Notes under the pieces: model-generated
The model's database searches: none
What the model was told of the DNA's origin: nothing
The model's input: the letters and a program-made list of their open reading frames with translations, nothing else
Translations under genes and position numbers: made by a program
From: Patescibacteria group bacterium
GTDB lineage: Bacteria; Patescibacteriota; Saccharimonadia; UBA4664
Assembly (NCBI GenBank): GCA_028288925.1
Contig: JAQGHG010000019.1
Span: 8,047-72,046 of the forward strand
Direction: 5' to 3'
Length of the DNA: 64,000 bases
Shown: positions 19,115 through 32,407 of the stretch, piece after piece
Layout: each line of letters starts with the position of its first letter
Numbering within the stretch: position 1 is the first letter of the stretch

Positions 19115-20752
19115 CTACTTTCCTCCTCGTATCAATTCGTACATTCGCCCCTCGTAGGGGCCCAATTCTACCAACCCATCCAGCGGTTCCTGGCCGTCGC
19201 CATCCACTACCTCTGTGCCGGCCACCCATGCGCCCACCTTACCCTTAAGTGTTACTACCGCGTGGTGATTATCAAAGTTCAATATCACCAAGAAGCGTTG
19301 TAGTTCTGTCTCACGAATGTAGCCATAGACATACGGATTATCCAACTGCAATGAGCGGTAGTCCCCCTCCGTCAAAGCCGGCGATTGGGTCCGCAAATGG
19401 ATCAAATGCCGGTACAAGTTCAAACTTGAACTCGGCTGGCGCGACTCTTGCTCCACATTGAGGTGAGCGGCCGTGGAAGCGATTGGTAGCCACGGCACAC
19501 CCGTTGTAAATCCTGCATCAATATCACTATTCCAGGGCATGGGTCCGCGTGCGACATCCCGGCCCAGGCCATATCCCGGCACCCGAATCCCCCATGGATC
19601 CCGGCGCTGATTCTTATTAACGTGTGTATCACTCAGCCCCAGCTCTTCACCGTAGTACACCACCGGCAGCCCCCGTAGTGTCAGCTGCAACATCCCCAAG
19701 AGCCGTGCCCGTTGCGGCCCTACCCGCTTCACCAGGCGGTGCCGGTCATGATTGCCCAACACATAATTTGGCCAGTCATTCGGCCCCAGCATAGCCTCAT
19801 ATTCATCGATAAAGCTCCGAAAATAATGCGCGCCCCAGCTCAGCCCCATCAGATTGAAGTTGAACGGAGCATGCAGAGGGTGCTCCCGGCAAGCCTGGTA
19901 GAGATCACGCAGCCCGGCGATATTCAAATACGCCTCGCTCAGCAAAAAAGTATCGGCCTTATGCGCCAGCACCTCGCAAAACGAGCCGATCACACTCCCC
20001 AGCTCCTGCTGGCCCGAGCTATGCACTCGCGAAAACATATCCGCCGGGTCCGAGATACCCGGCCGGTAGTTCGGGTTCGGTTCATCATCCCGCAGCACTT
20101 TGTCCTTCACCAAGCCATAAACAGCGTCCGTTCGGAAACCGTCCACGCCCTTGTCGAGCCAAAACCGCAGCACGTCCAACATCGCGTCGCGCACACCTGG
20201 GTTGCGCCAGTTCAAGTCCGGCTGTTCGGGCAAAAAAGAATGCATATAATACTGGCCCGTCGTCTCATCGAGTGTCCAAGCCGGCCCGCCGAAACGGCTC
20301 AGCCAATTGTTTGGTGGACCGCCATCCCCGGCCGGATCAGCCCAGATGTACCAGTCGCGCTTAAGACTCTTTCGGCTCGCGCGCGCCTCCTCGAACCATT
20401 CATGCAAAATCGAAGTGTGATTCGGCACATAATCAAGCAGCAGCTTCATCCCTCGCCGGTGCACCTCGGCCAGCAGCCGCTCAAAGTCAGCCATAGTCCC
20501 AAACCGCGGATCAATAGCGGTATGGTCCACCACATCGTAACCCCAATCCGCCATCGGCGACACGTACACCGGCGACAACCATATCGCCTCCACCCCCAGA
20601 GACTCAGACGTACCATCGTTCAGATAATCCAAATGCTGGATAATCCCCTTGAGATCACCAAAACCGTCTCCATCCGAATCAGCGAAGCTCAAAGGATAGA
20701 TGTGATACAGCGTCGCCCGGTGATACCACGGCTCTTGGTAGGCAGGATTCAT
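19115..20752 (-). CDS. GH13 alpha-glucosidase / trehalose-synthase-like enzyme
   Basis: GH13 catalytic regions (…DGFGDLKG…, LLLDYVPNHTS, GVDGFRTDA, …EE…NHD…). Confidence 0.9.
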   Translation of the reverse strand: MNPAYQEPWYHRATLYHIYPLSFADSDGDGFGDLKGIIQHLDYLNDGTSESLGVEAIWLSPVYVSPMADWGYDVVDHTAIDPRFGTMADFERLLAEVHRRGMKLLLDYVPNHTSILHEWFEEARASRKSLKRDWYIWADPAGDGGPPNNWLSRFGGPAWTLDETTGQYYMHSFLPEQPDLNWRNPGVRDAMLDVLRFWLDKGVDGFRTDAVYGLVKDKVLRDDEPNPNYRPGISDPADMFSRVHSSGQQELGSVIGSFCEVLAHKADTFLLSEAYLNIAGLRDLYQACREHPLHAPFNFNLMGLSWGAHYFRSFIDEYEAMLGPNDWPNYVLGNHDRHRLVKRVGPQRARLLGMLQLTLRGLPVVYYGEELGLSDTHVNKNQRRDPWGIRVPGYGLGRDVARGPMPWNSDIDAGFTTGVPWLPIASTAAHLNVEQESRQPSSSLNLYRHLIHLRTQSPALTEGDYRSLQLDNPYVYGYIRETELQRFLVILNFDNHHAVVTLKGKVGAWVAGTEVVDGDGQEPLDGLVELGPYEGRMYELIRGGK

Positions 20753-20782
20753 GTGTCTATCGTATCACTTATTGGACGGCCG

Positions 20783-22132
20783 CTACATGAGACGCTTGGG
20801 AATAGCCCCGTTCAGCTTCACGCCCACTCGCCGCAGTGTCTTGCGCGGGTTCCGGACCAATTCCTGCAGTGGCGTGATCGTAAGTACCCGCTCCACGTAT
20901 GGCGTCTCCTCCGCCCGCAGGTATTTGTCGCATAATCGCGTGAACACACTATTAGTCCACCCAAACCCGGTCTGCGAAGGATACAACCCTTCCACCGGCT
21001 CCTCATGGATCTTCACCACGTTGTACTTCTCGAAAAATTCACCCTTCTCTTCGAATTGCACCAGGTTTGCCTCAATCCACTTGCGCGCCACCCGCTCAGC
21101 CGCCACATGGTAGCCGTAACGCTCCATCGCCTCGATAGCCACCAGCTGCAGCGGCGCCCAGCCGTTCGGGTACGCCCACTGGGTCGGTACCGGCATTTTG
21201 ATCTCCGGCTCCCGTGCCGTCGTCGTCAGTCCGCCCTCAAACTCAAACTTCTCCAGCTGCTTCATGATCCGCTCGGCTGTATCGGCGTCGTCCATACCGG
21301 CCCACATTGGGAAGAAAGCCGCCAGCGACCACACCTTGCCCTGCTTGCTCGTCATATAGTTGTAGTCAAAGTAAAAACCCTGCTCTTCGTCCCACAGATA
21401 GTTCCGCACAGCTGCCCGCCGGGCCAAGGCCCGCTTGGCCCACTCCCGGGCTTCTTCCTCTTCGCCCAATATCAGAGCCGCTTTCTCGAAATCCCGCTCA
21501 TACTTGTACAACAACGCGTTCAGATCTATCGGTAAATACGACAACGCCTTGCGGTCGAACCGCGTCGTCATATCCCATCCACTCTCACACTCGGCCAAAT
21601 CATCCAGCACGTCCACATGATAGTAGCGCGACAGCCCATGATACACCTGGCGCCAATTTGGGTGAGACGTCCCCATCCACACCATGCGATACTCATTCTT
21701 GGCCACCGTCATCGCCTGCTCCAGCCAACGCTTATTCTGTTCCACCTGGTACACCTGCAAGATGAAGTTCGTCAAAAACGGCGGCTGCGACCGCCCGGTG
21801 TGGTACGTCCGCCCGGCATTCGGGATGATCTGAAACCGGTCCATCATCGACATCAGATCCTCTACCAAGCCTTTGAGCAAATGCTCACGATGCGTGCCCA
21901 AAAAGCCCTGAGCAATAAAGTAGGTGTCCCAATAATAAATTTCCTCATACGAGAAGCCGGTGTCATTAGCCACACTTGGCACAAAATAAGGCCGCGGCAA
22001 ACCCACCAACGTACCATCGTCATGCGGCTTAAACTTCTCCAACCGCTTCCAATACCCTTCGATATACTCTAAGGCCGGCTTCAAACGCGCGGGTGAAAAT
22101 TGCGGACCAAGTTTGCTACTGTGCGTACTCAT
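20783..22132 (-). CDS. GH37 trehalase
   Basis: Trehalase signature QWAYPNGWAPLQ and (alpha/alpha)6 barrel-type sequence. Confidence 0.85.
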   Translation of the reverse strand: MSTHSSKLGPQFSPARLKPALEYIEGYWKRLEKFKPHDDGTLVGLPRPYFVPSVANDTGFSYEEIYYWDTYFIAQGFLGTHREHLLKGLVEDLMSMMDRFQIIPNAGRTYHTGRSQPPFLTNFILQVYQVEQNKRWLEQAMTVAKNEYRMVWMGTSHPNWRQVYHGLSRYYHVDVLDDLAECESGWDMTTRFDRKALSYLPIDLNALLYKYERDFEKAALILGEEEEAREWAKRALARRAAVRNYLWDEEQGFYFDYNYMTSKQGKVWSLAAFFPMWAGMDDADTAERIMKQLEKFEFEGGLTTTAREPEIKMPVPTQWAYPNGWAPLQLVAIEAMERYGYHVAAERVARKWIEANLVQFEEKGEFFEKYNVVKIHEEPVEGLYPSQTGFGWTNSVFTRLCDKYLRAEETPYVERVLTITPLQELVRNPRKTLRRVGVKLNGAIPKRLM

Positions 22133-22177
22133 CGTGTATGTGTCTTTCCCAATGTAATGATACTTATGTTACAAGAC

Positions 22178-22193
22178 TATAGGGCGCCCTATA
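22178..22193. promoter_or_regulatory. Perfect 16-bp palindrome TATAGGGCGCCCTATA upstream of the trehalose cluster (candidate operator)
   Basis: Exact inverted repeat located 46-61 nt upstream of the trehalase start codon, in the promoter region. Confidence 0.4.
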
Positions 22194-22309
22194 CCTTGTA
22201 AAGCGAGGGGCTAGTCGAAATAAAACACGCCCCAATTATCGCCCTGGAGCGCCTCTCTCCTCTACGCTAACCTGAGGCCGAATCAGTGTCAACCGCTCAT
22301 ATCAGGAGC

Positions 22310-23398
22310 TTATTTTAAGAGCTCTTGGACCTTGGCTTGAACGGCACTAAAATCACCTTCTACCGGCACCAGATCGCTCCCGCCACCATTGCGCAAAAGC
22401 CCTTCGGTAGACGTGGAAAGCACGAAATTGCGAGGCTCGTTCTGCTTGGCAGCCTGCCAACCCTGGGCAAACTGCAACATCTGCACCGCCCCCATATCGG
22501 TCGAAATGCCCGAATGCACCGCCGTCACCACAGGTGTCAGCCGCGCCGGATTCAGCAGCACGTCCCACCGCACCACTTTGTCGCGTACAAGGTTCAGCAC
22601 CTCTTGCTGCCGCGCCGCCCGGCCAAAATCATCCCCACAGGTACCCTTGCGACAGCGCGCGTACTGCAGCGCCCGAGTCCCGTCCATGTGCTGCAAGCCC
22701 GGTTGAATATCCAGGCCGCAGGACTTCGATTCATTGGCGTCGCAGGGATACTCCGGATCGTACAGCCGGTCCTTCACGTTCACATCGATACCACCCACGG
22801 CGTCCACCATCTGGCGCAGACCAGAGAAATTCGTCTTCACGTAATAATGAATTGAGATACCCAAAGTATTACTCACCACCTGCTCAGCCAGCGGCGTCCC
22901 ACCGTACGCGTTGGCCGAGTTAATCTTGCCCTTGCCATAGCCTGGAATATCCACCCGCAAATCACGCGGAATACTTATCTGCGTCACCTTCTTGCTGTGC
23001 GCGTCCAAGCTCACCACCATCATCGTGTCCGACAGCTTCTCGGCGGCGTGACCCGGATCGCCGATACCCAGCACCAAAACATTGGTCCGACCATTCAAAT
23101 CACTAGCCAAACCGGTCAATTGCAAGGGATTCGTAGATATTTTCGCAACACTTGAAGCAATATAAGCCCCGTAGCCGACAGCCCCCAGTACTATTAACAA
23201 CACGAGGACCACAAACACCCGCCCAATCTTGGAGCCCAAACTGCGGCCCTGCCGCCCGCGCCGCGGAGTAGGCACCGGCTGGAGCGGTCCACCCGCATTC
23301 CTACCCGGTAATGATGTCACATATTGATCCGGTGTCGGCATATACGGTTTCTCTGCCGGCCGTTCATCCCCGAAGTGCGATTGCTTGCGCTCGCTCAT
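22310..23398 (-). CDS. LytR-CpsA-Psr (LCP) family cell-envelope phosphotransferase
   Basis: N-terminal TM helix and the LCP core (…DTMMVVSLD…ISIPRDLRVDIPGYG…). Confidence 0.9.
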   Translation of the reverse strand: MSERKQSHFGDERPAEKPYMPTPDQYVTSLPGRNAGGPLQPVPTPRRGRQGRSLGSKIGRVFVVLVLLIVLGAVGYGAYIASSVAKISTNPLQLTGLASDLNGRTNVLVLGIGDPGHAAEKLSDTMMVVSLDAHSKKVTQISIPRDLRVDIPGYGKGKINSANAYGGTPLAEQVVSNTLGISIHYYVKTNFSGLRQMVDAVGGIDVNVKDRLYDPEYPCDANESKSCGLDIQPGLQHMDGTRALQYARCRKGTCGDDFGRAARQQEVLNLVRDKVVRWDVLLNPARLTPVVTAVHSGISTDMGAVQMLQFAQGWQAAKQNEPRNFVLSTSTEGLLRNGGGSDLVPVEGDFSAVQAKVQELLK

Positions 23399-23532
23399 GT
23401 GTTGTACCCAGTGCTTATCACGCTGTTATTATAGTCCTTTTGCTATGATGCAGCCCAATTCTCGATATAAAACTGGACAGAACATAAGTATTATGATACA
23501 ATAGTAGTGTCAGTAGTTCCTTCGACAGTTAG

Positions 23533-24041
23533 GTGCAAACCATGCGCAAGCTCATCGTGGTATTGGTGAAGACTGTTATGTGGCTCGTACTACCGGTTGC
23601 GGTAGGGGCGGTCATATTCACCTCGTTTGACCCGTCCGGGCTCCACCAGCCCACAGTAGACGGGCACCCGGTGTGGGTCTCTGTAGACGGAGTCCACTTT
23701 GATGTTCAGGCCTTTTGGGGCGGGAAGAGCTTTAAGCCCAACCGCCTGAACAGCGGCGAAATCCCTTGCCGGATACTGGGCGCCCACAGCGCCAATGAGT
23801 ACCACGTCGTCAAGCTCAAGCTGGCGACCGCAAAGGCACCCGCAAGCGTCACCTGCAAGGGCACAAAGTTCGACGAAAGCGAGTCCGGATTATTCAGCTA
23901 CGCACAACCATGCGGAGACCGATACCCAAAGAGGTACTGCCACCCGTTGTCCCTGTCCGACCTGCTCTCGAAGAGCAAATATACGCCCATGCCGCACCCA
24001 GCGGTATGGGCGCGGTTCATGTTCAGCGGTATGCTATCTGT

Positions 24042-24045
<4 letters not shown>
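23533..24045 (+). CDS. Hypothetical secreted or membrane-anchored Cys-containing protein
   Basis: N-terminal signal anchor and 4 Cys residues. ATGA overlap with the downstream MFS gene. Confidence 0.45.
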
Positions 24046-27000
<2,955 letters not shown>

Positions 27001-27103
27001 TTAGGTAAATAAAAAGATAGGCCCGCCGCAAGCGTTCTCGGATTGATTCGGGAACGCCAAAATGCATAGGACCTATAATGACAAGATTATAGCAGAACAA
27101 TCA

Positions 27104-27679
27104 TCAAAACGTTCGCGGACTTGGCTCCACCCGGTGGTCCACGATCCCCGCCACGTCAGTCACGGGCAAAGTTCCCCACTCGTCAGAATCATACGACCCA
27201 CCCGGTACCGCATTGTCGCCAATTACATACAAGGCGCCCGCGCCGACCGTCATCTCGTACTGGCCGTAAGCGTTGCCATTCGGAACAGCCCCCTGGGGAT
27301 ACGAAATACCTTCGGGATCTGCCGGTGTGTATACCGTGGTCAACTTCACGTTAGAAAAATACTTCATTACCACCCGGTCGCCACCCACCGCGGCCACTCG
27401 CCGGCAATAAATCTTCGAGGTGTCCTTGGGATAATGCAAAATAATTACGTCGCCGCGCTTAACGCCGGAGGCCTCGAGCTTGGCCATCAGCCAATCACCG
27501 TCTTTAATCGTCGGGCTCATCGAATTTCCGCGCACATGATACTTCACATGGCCGGCCTCGGGAGTGCTTGCCGGCTTGCCTACATCGCTGCCGTTCGAGT
27601 TCCAAGCATATACGGCGCCTAGGGCCAAGACCGAGGCCACTAGCGTACCGCCAAATATCAAGAGGATTTTTTTCTTCAT
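27104..27679 (-). CDS. lepB: Signal peptidase I (S26 family)
   Basis: N-terminal TM helix, the motif GNSMSPT (catalytic Ser), and a downstream catalytic Lys box. Confidence 0.9.
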   Translation of the reverse strand: MKKKILLIFGGTLVASVLALGAVYAWNSNGSDVGKPASTPEAGHVKYHVRGNSMSPTIKDGDWLMAKLEASGVKRGDVIILHYPKDTSKIYCRRVAAVGGDRVVMKYFSNVKLTTVYTPADPEGISYPQGAVPNGNAYGQYEMTVGAGALYVIGDNAVPGGSYDSDEWGTLPVTDVAGIVDHRVEPSPRTF

Positions 27680-27858
27680 AACCGCAGACTACTGTATCAA
27701 AAAAATGGCTCAGTTTCGAGCATTACTGCTACCCAAAGAATTACTTTTAATAAGATATCGTGATATATATCAAAAAACATTGCTCCAAGAGCTACCATAA
27801 GCAGCCGACAAATTAATGTCGAAATAATCATAAATCTCGCAAAAATGCGAAAAAGGAT

Positions 27859-28512
27859 TTATTGGACCTGCACGACCTCTACATCAAACACCAACACCGC
27901 TTTAGCCGGGATGCCACCATTAGCCTGATCGCCATAGCCTCCCGCGGGAGGTACGATTATCCGCCGCCGGCCTCCAGACTTCATGCCCACCAAGCCGGCT
28001 TCAAACCCCGATATCACCCGATGCTCACCGACTGTAAAGGCCAGCGCCTGGCCTTTGGCGTACGAATCATCAAATAACTTGCCGTCAGTCAGCCACCCGC
28101 GATAATTCACCACCACCTTACTTCCGGCCTTCACCTCAGCCCCGGTCCCCTTCGCCAGGTCCCCAAACATCACCTCCTGGGACTCCTTATACTTCTCGTA
28201 TCGCGCCAGCTCTTCGGACGACGGCGCGGCCGTTTGACCGGCGCCCGAAGCGCTGCCCTGACTGCCCTTATCCAAATCCAAGACACTCTTCGCCGAAGCT
28301 GAGCCACCTTTGTCAGATCCACCACTCAAGTTTACCCCCTGAGCGCCCTGAGTACCGGATGTGTCCAGCGCGATCGAGCCCCCTTGGGACCTCACCGGCG
28401 TCGCATTCCGCGCCGCGCCATCCTGCTGAATATTCCACCACCACACCCCCACTCCAACAACAGCCAACCCCGCCAGCCCAGCGCCTGCGGCCGCCACAAC
28501 GCGCCTGATCAT
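27859..28512 (-). CDS. FKBP-type peptidyl-prolyl cis-trans isomerase, membrane-anchored
   Basis: C-terminal FKBP domain (…FDDSY…GQALAFTVGEHRVISGFEAGLVGMKSGGRRRIIVPPAGGYG…). Confidence 0.9.
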   Translation of the reverse strand: MIRRVVAAAGAGLAGLAVVGVGVWWWNIQQDGAARNATPVRSQGGSIALDTSGTQGAQGVNLSGGSDKGGSASAKSVLDLDKGSQGSASGAGQTAAPSSEELARYEKYKESQEVMFGDLAKGTGAEVKAGSKVVVNYRGWLTDGKLFDDSYAKGQALAFTVGEHRVISGFEAGLVGMKSGGRRRIIVPPAGGYGDQANGGIPAKAVLVFDVEVVQVQ

Positions 28513-29456
28513 GCCACTGTTGTTCCCTTGGTCCTACGCGGCGTCTCGACCTCCACCTGAATATGTTGCACCTCCGGCACATCGACCTTCACGGCCGCCT
28601 TTAGGTCATCCATTAGCTGCTCAATCTCCATGGTCTTCAAGTTATGATCAATATGCACTTCCATATTCACCATCACCTTCTCGGAGCCCATTTGCATCGT
28701 CCGCAGGTCTAAGACTCGGTGCACGCCCTTTACCTTCTCGGCTACGTGCTTGATACGGTGCTCCATCTCCGGCGAGGCGCTGCGGCCCACAATAAAACTC
28801 TTTACCTCCAAGATCAGCAACACCGCGAACACCGCGCAACACACCCCCACGACAATCGCGCCCAAACCGTCCAGCCGCCCATCGCCCGTAATTCCGTAAA
28901 ATATCAGCGATATCAACCCCAGCACCGAAGCCACCGAGCCCATGAGATCTAGAATAAGCGTCGCCTTGGTCTCGATGAAGGTCGAGGCCCGTATATGCTG
29001 CCACCATACCTTCAAACCATCCCGGCGGCGCAGCTCCAACCGCCGCATACTCAATCCAAAGGCATACGTATTAGTCACGAAGCCAATCACCAACACCGCG
29101 TAAGCCAGCGGCAAATGATGTATCGGCATCGGATGGAACAATCTCTGTAGACCAAAATACAACGAAAACCCAGAGGTCAGTACCAGCATCGACAATCCGG
29201 CCATCAAGATCCAAAAGAATAATTCCTTGCCATAGCCAAACTGATGCTTCCGATTAGCCCTCTTCCGCGAACGGTGCAACCCCACCCACAATAAACCCGA
29301 AGTCAGCAAATCGGCGAAGCCCTGCATGGCCTCTGTAAATATCACGACACTCCCGCTCAAGAGTGCTACTCCAAAGTTCAAAACTACGTCTATAAAATCG
29401 ACCGCAAAGGAAGTTACAATCACCCTTCGCGCTGAAATTCGTCTTTTATGTGTCAT
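28509..29456 (-). CDS. Cation diffusion facilitator (CDF) family metal efflux transporter
   Basis: Six TM helices with the CDF signature near TM2 and a C-terminal cytoplasmic domain. Confidence 0.9.
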   Translation of the reverse strand: MTHKRRISARRVIVTSFAVDFIDVVLNFGVALLSGSVVIFTEAMQGFADLLTSGLLWVGLHRSRKRANRKHQFGYGKELFFWILMAGLSMLVLTSGFSLYFGLQRLFHPMPIHHLPLAYAVLVIGFVTNTYAFGLSMRRLELRRRDGLKVWWQHIRASTFIETKATLILDLMGSVASVLGLISLIFYGITGDGRLDGLGAIVVGVCCAVFAVLLILEVKSFIVGRSASPEMEHRIKHVAEKVKGVHRVLDLRTMQMGSEKVMVNMEVHIDHNLKTMEIEQLMDDLKAAVKVDVPEVQHIQVEVETPRRTKGTTVA

Positions 29457-29512
29457 TCTTAGATCTTACTATAGCACCAATCAACAAACTCCAAGCATGT
29501 ATACTTATCCCT

Positions 29513-30706
29513 ATGCCCCGCCTACCACACTCCCACAACGCCCTTATCCGGCGCCTCCTGCCTCTCTACATCTCAGCCTTTCTGCAAGGTTTTGTGCTGT
29601 GGTACGCCATCGAAAAGCTCTTCATGGTGCACATCGGCTTTACCGCCTCGGGCATCGGCCTCATGGCCGCGGCCTTTTCGCTCGCCACACTCTTACTAGA
29701 AACACCCTCCGGCATCCTAGCCGACCGTTGGAGCCGGCGCGGGGTCCTTATGCTGGCCAGCCTGGCGTTAGCCGTCAGCTCGCTCATCTGCGGCCTCACC
29801 AGCTCCATTCCGGTGTACATCATAGGCACCGCCTTCTGGGGAATGTTCTTCGCCTTTTATTCCGGCACCTACGACGCCATCATCTACGATGCGCTGCTCG
29901 AAGACACCGGCGGTAGCCATGGCTACAAGCGCTACTACGGCTATGTCCGTATGCTCGACGGTACCGCTCTCGTCAGCGGCGCTCTTATAGGCGCCTTCAT
30001 CGGCTCGGTCTTCAGTCTCCGGGCGCCCTTCCTCATCACCGTTCCCATCGCGATCCTCTCCATCGCCACCTTAGCCTTCTTCCACGAACCCAAGCTCCAC
30101 CGGGCCAAGGAGGCCGATCCCATCCTCCAGCACGTCCGCGCCACCTTCAGCACGGTCATCCGCCACAAGAGCTCAGCTATGGGCACACTCGTAGTGCTGG
30201 TCCTGGGCGCCACGCTTGTAGACACCGTCATGGAGTTCAATCAGCTCTGGCTCATTGCCATCGCCACCCCCGTTGGCCTCTTCGGCATAGCCACGGGCAT
30301 TGTGTTGGCGGCATATGGTCTCTCCGGCTTGCTCGCCAATCGCCTCCAGCTCAAAAAGCCGCTATACGTTGTAATGTTATCTACGCTTATGACTATTTCT
30401 AGCCTCGTACTCATACTCGCGCATATCGTCTGGCTAATCGTCCCTGCTCAAGCCGTCGTCGTAGTGAGCCTACTTAGCCTCGGTATCGAATACACCCATC
30501 GGCTCCACGACCGCCTGCCCTCCCACCTCCGCGCCGGCGCCTCCTCGGCCGTCAGCAGCGCCGGGCGGGCGCTATTCATCCTAGTCTCGCTTGTCTTCGG
30601 CTGGATCACACAGCACTACAGCGTCTTTGTCGCCGGCTGGCTCATCTTCATCCCCCTCATCGTCATTTGCCTATTCCTCTATCGCACCGCGAGGCGCCCG
30701 GCATGA
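29513..30706 (+). CDS. MFS transporter
   Basis: 12-TM MFS pattern. The start at 29513 is preferred over 29450 so that it does not overlap the divergent CDF start. Confidence 0.8.
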   Translation: MPRLPHSHNALIRRLLPLYISAFLQGFVLWYAIEKLFMVHIGFTASGIGLMAAAFSLATLLLETPSGILADRWSRRGVLMLASLALAVSSLICGLTSSIPVYIIGTAFWGMFFAFYSGTYDAIIYDALLEDTGGSHGYKRYYGYVRMLDGTALVSGALIGAFIGSVFSLRAPFLITVPIAILSIATLAFFHEPKLHRAKEADPILQHVRATFSTVIRHKSSAMGTLVVLVLGATLVDTVMEFNQLWLIAIATPVGLFGIATGIVLAAYGLSGLLANRLQLKKPLYVVMLSTLMTISSLVLILAHIVWLIVPAQAVVVVSLLSLGIEYTHRLHDRLPSHLRAGASSAVSSAGRALFILVSLVFGWITQHYSVFVAGWLIFIPLIVICLFLYRTARRPA

Positions 30707-31422
30707 CCGATTACGATATCTTTGCCCCCTTCTACGACACGGTCATGGGCGACCGCCAAGACGTCATCGCCATCATCCAGGACCTCGCCGCGCGCCACCA
30801 CCCGTCCGCTCAGACCATGCTGGAGCTTGGCTGCGGTACCGGCGGCATCCTAGCCGGCTTCCAGGACCAATACACGCTCACCGGAATCGATCAATCCGCC
30901 CAAATGCTCCAAATAGCCCACCAAAAACTCCCAGAAGGCACATTCCATCGAGGTACCATCGCCGGGTTCGAGCTCCACCAGACCTTCGATATCATCATTT
31001 GTGTCTTCGACACCATCAACCACCTCACGAGCTTCGCCGATTGGCAAAAACTCTTTGCCGACGCCCAGAAACACCTCAGCACAAATGGATTGTTCATCTT
31101 CGATATGAACACTATCGGCCGCCTGCGAGCCCTCACCACCGCCCCGGGCTACACTCAGGATATCCCGAACGGCGTCATGGACATGACCATCACGCCCATC
31201 TCCACCAATGAAGTTGAGTGGCACATCGTTATCCAGGAATCCCAGTCCGACGGCCTCATTCAGGTCTACGAAGAGCAAGTCCGCGAGGCCTCGTTCCCAT
31301 TAAGCCAAGTCGAACGCGAGCTGGCTTCACAGTCCTTCAGCCTGCTCCAGGCTTTCGACTCCGATCACGCTAGCCCCTCCGATTCATCCGACCGCGTCTA
31401 CTACGCCTGTCACCGTTTGTGA
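30703..31422 (+). CDS. Class I SAM-dependent methyltransferase
   Basis: Motif I LELGCGTGG. ATGA overlap with the MFS stop codon. Confidence 0.8.
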   Translation: MTDYDIFAPFYDTVMGDRQDVIAIIQDLAARHHPSAQTMLELGCGTGGILAGFQDQYTLTGIDQSAQMLQIAHQKLPEGTFHRGTIAGFELHQTFDIIICVFDTINHLTSFADWQKLFADAQKHLSTNGLFIFDMNTIGRLRALTTAPGYTQDIPNGVMDMTITPISTNEVEWHIVIQESQSDGLIQVYEEQVREASFPLSQVERELASQSFSLLQAFDSDHASPSDSSDRVYYACHRL

Positions 31423-31808
31423 CGTTTAAAGTAATCGATCACGTACTTACGAGCCAATACTGAAAGTCCATTCGCTTCAAAGTCATCATTTCGGTGTATT
31501 TTACACAACGATTCCTCGCCGTCATACACGTATACCCTATCTTCATCCACTCCCGCCAGCACAAATACATCGGCGTCGGCATCCTCGCCATGTACTGCCA
31601 GCGTCGACCGGTACGAGTCCAGAAACTCCAAGTCGTCAGCCCGCACATCTAGCCCAGTTTCCTCGCTGAGCACCCGCACAGCCGCCCGCGCCGGCACCTC
31701 GCCGGACGTTACCACCCCTCCGAAGGCCGTCACCTTCCCGTCAGCTCTCCGCTTCATCAAGAGCTCACCTTTCGCCGATACGACCAGCACATTCACGATT
31801 TTCTTCAA
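31410..31808 (-). CDS. NUDIX hydrolase
   Basis: Nudix box GGVVTSGEVPARAAVRVLSEETGL. Confidence 0.85.
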   Translation of the reverse strand: MKKIVNVLVVSAKGELLMKRRADGKVTAFGGVVTSGEVPARAAVRVLSEETGLDVRADDLEFLDSYRSTLAVHGEDADADVFVLAGVDEDRVYVYDGEESLCKIHRNDDFEANGLSVLARKYVIDYFKRHKR

Positions 31809-32401
31809 AGTAGTGTCCTAAAATAATACCAAAAGTGGTGCAATACAAGCGCGGCGATCCCCAAATACCACACCACCAACGCCAAATGCTTGTACTCCTG
31901 CAAGAAACCAACCGCCGGCGCCAAGACCTTCGGAACAGGCAGGTAGCCTTGGCGCACATTATAGAGCGTCGTGTACCAGAAGATTGGAATCGTAACGAGC
32001 CATACCACCATACACCACGGACACAGCGCCTGAGTCACATACACCGACTGCCCAAACAACCAATGTATGAACACAACCCCCGCAAGCGTACCGGCGTTAA
32101 ACAGCCTCCAGTACCACGCCTTATACTGCCCACCGGCCAGCAATCCGGCGCCCACCACGATCACCGCCATAAAGCCCACGAGACCCAGCCACGAGTTCGG
32201 AAAACCAAACACTTCGGCCTGCAATGTCTTCATGACACTCCCGCAGCTAATGACGGGATTGATACTGCAAGACGGTACATAATCAATATCCTGCAATAAT
32301 TGTAACTTTTCCCACGTAATTACAAACGAAGCAATCAATCCTATTATCCCCGTACCAAGCAGAAAATAGCCGTATATCTTAGATGTAGTTTTCGCTAACA
32401 T
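31805..32401 (-). CDS. Vitamin K epoxide reductase (VKOR) family protein
   Basis: Four TM helices, a loop Cys pair (CSINPVISC), and the CPWC active-site motif. Confidence 0.85.
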   Translation of the reverse strand: MLAKTTSKIYGYFLLGTGIIGLIASFVITWEKLQLLQDIDYVPSCSINPVISCGSVMKTLQAEVFGFPNSWLGLVGFMAVIVVGAGLLAGGQYKAWYWRLFNAGTLAGVVFIHWLFGQSVYVTQALCPWCMVVWLVTIPIFWYTTLYNVRQGYLPVPKVLAPAVGFLQEYKHLALVVWYLGIAALVLHHFWYYFRTLL

Positions 32402-32407
32402 TGTGAA

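Noticed and set aside
19712-20935. 407-aa plus-strand ORF opposite the GH13 gene
   Set aside because: It is antisense to a clear GH13 enzyme and its translation is His/Arg/Pro-rich.
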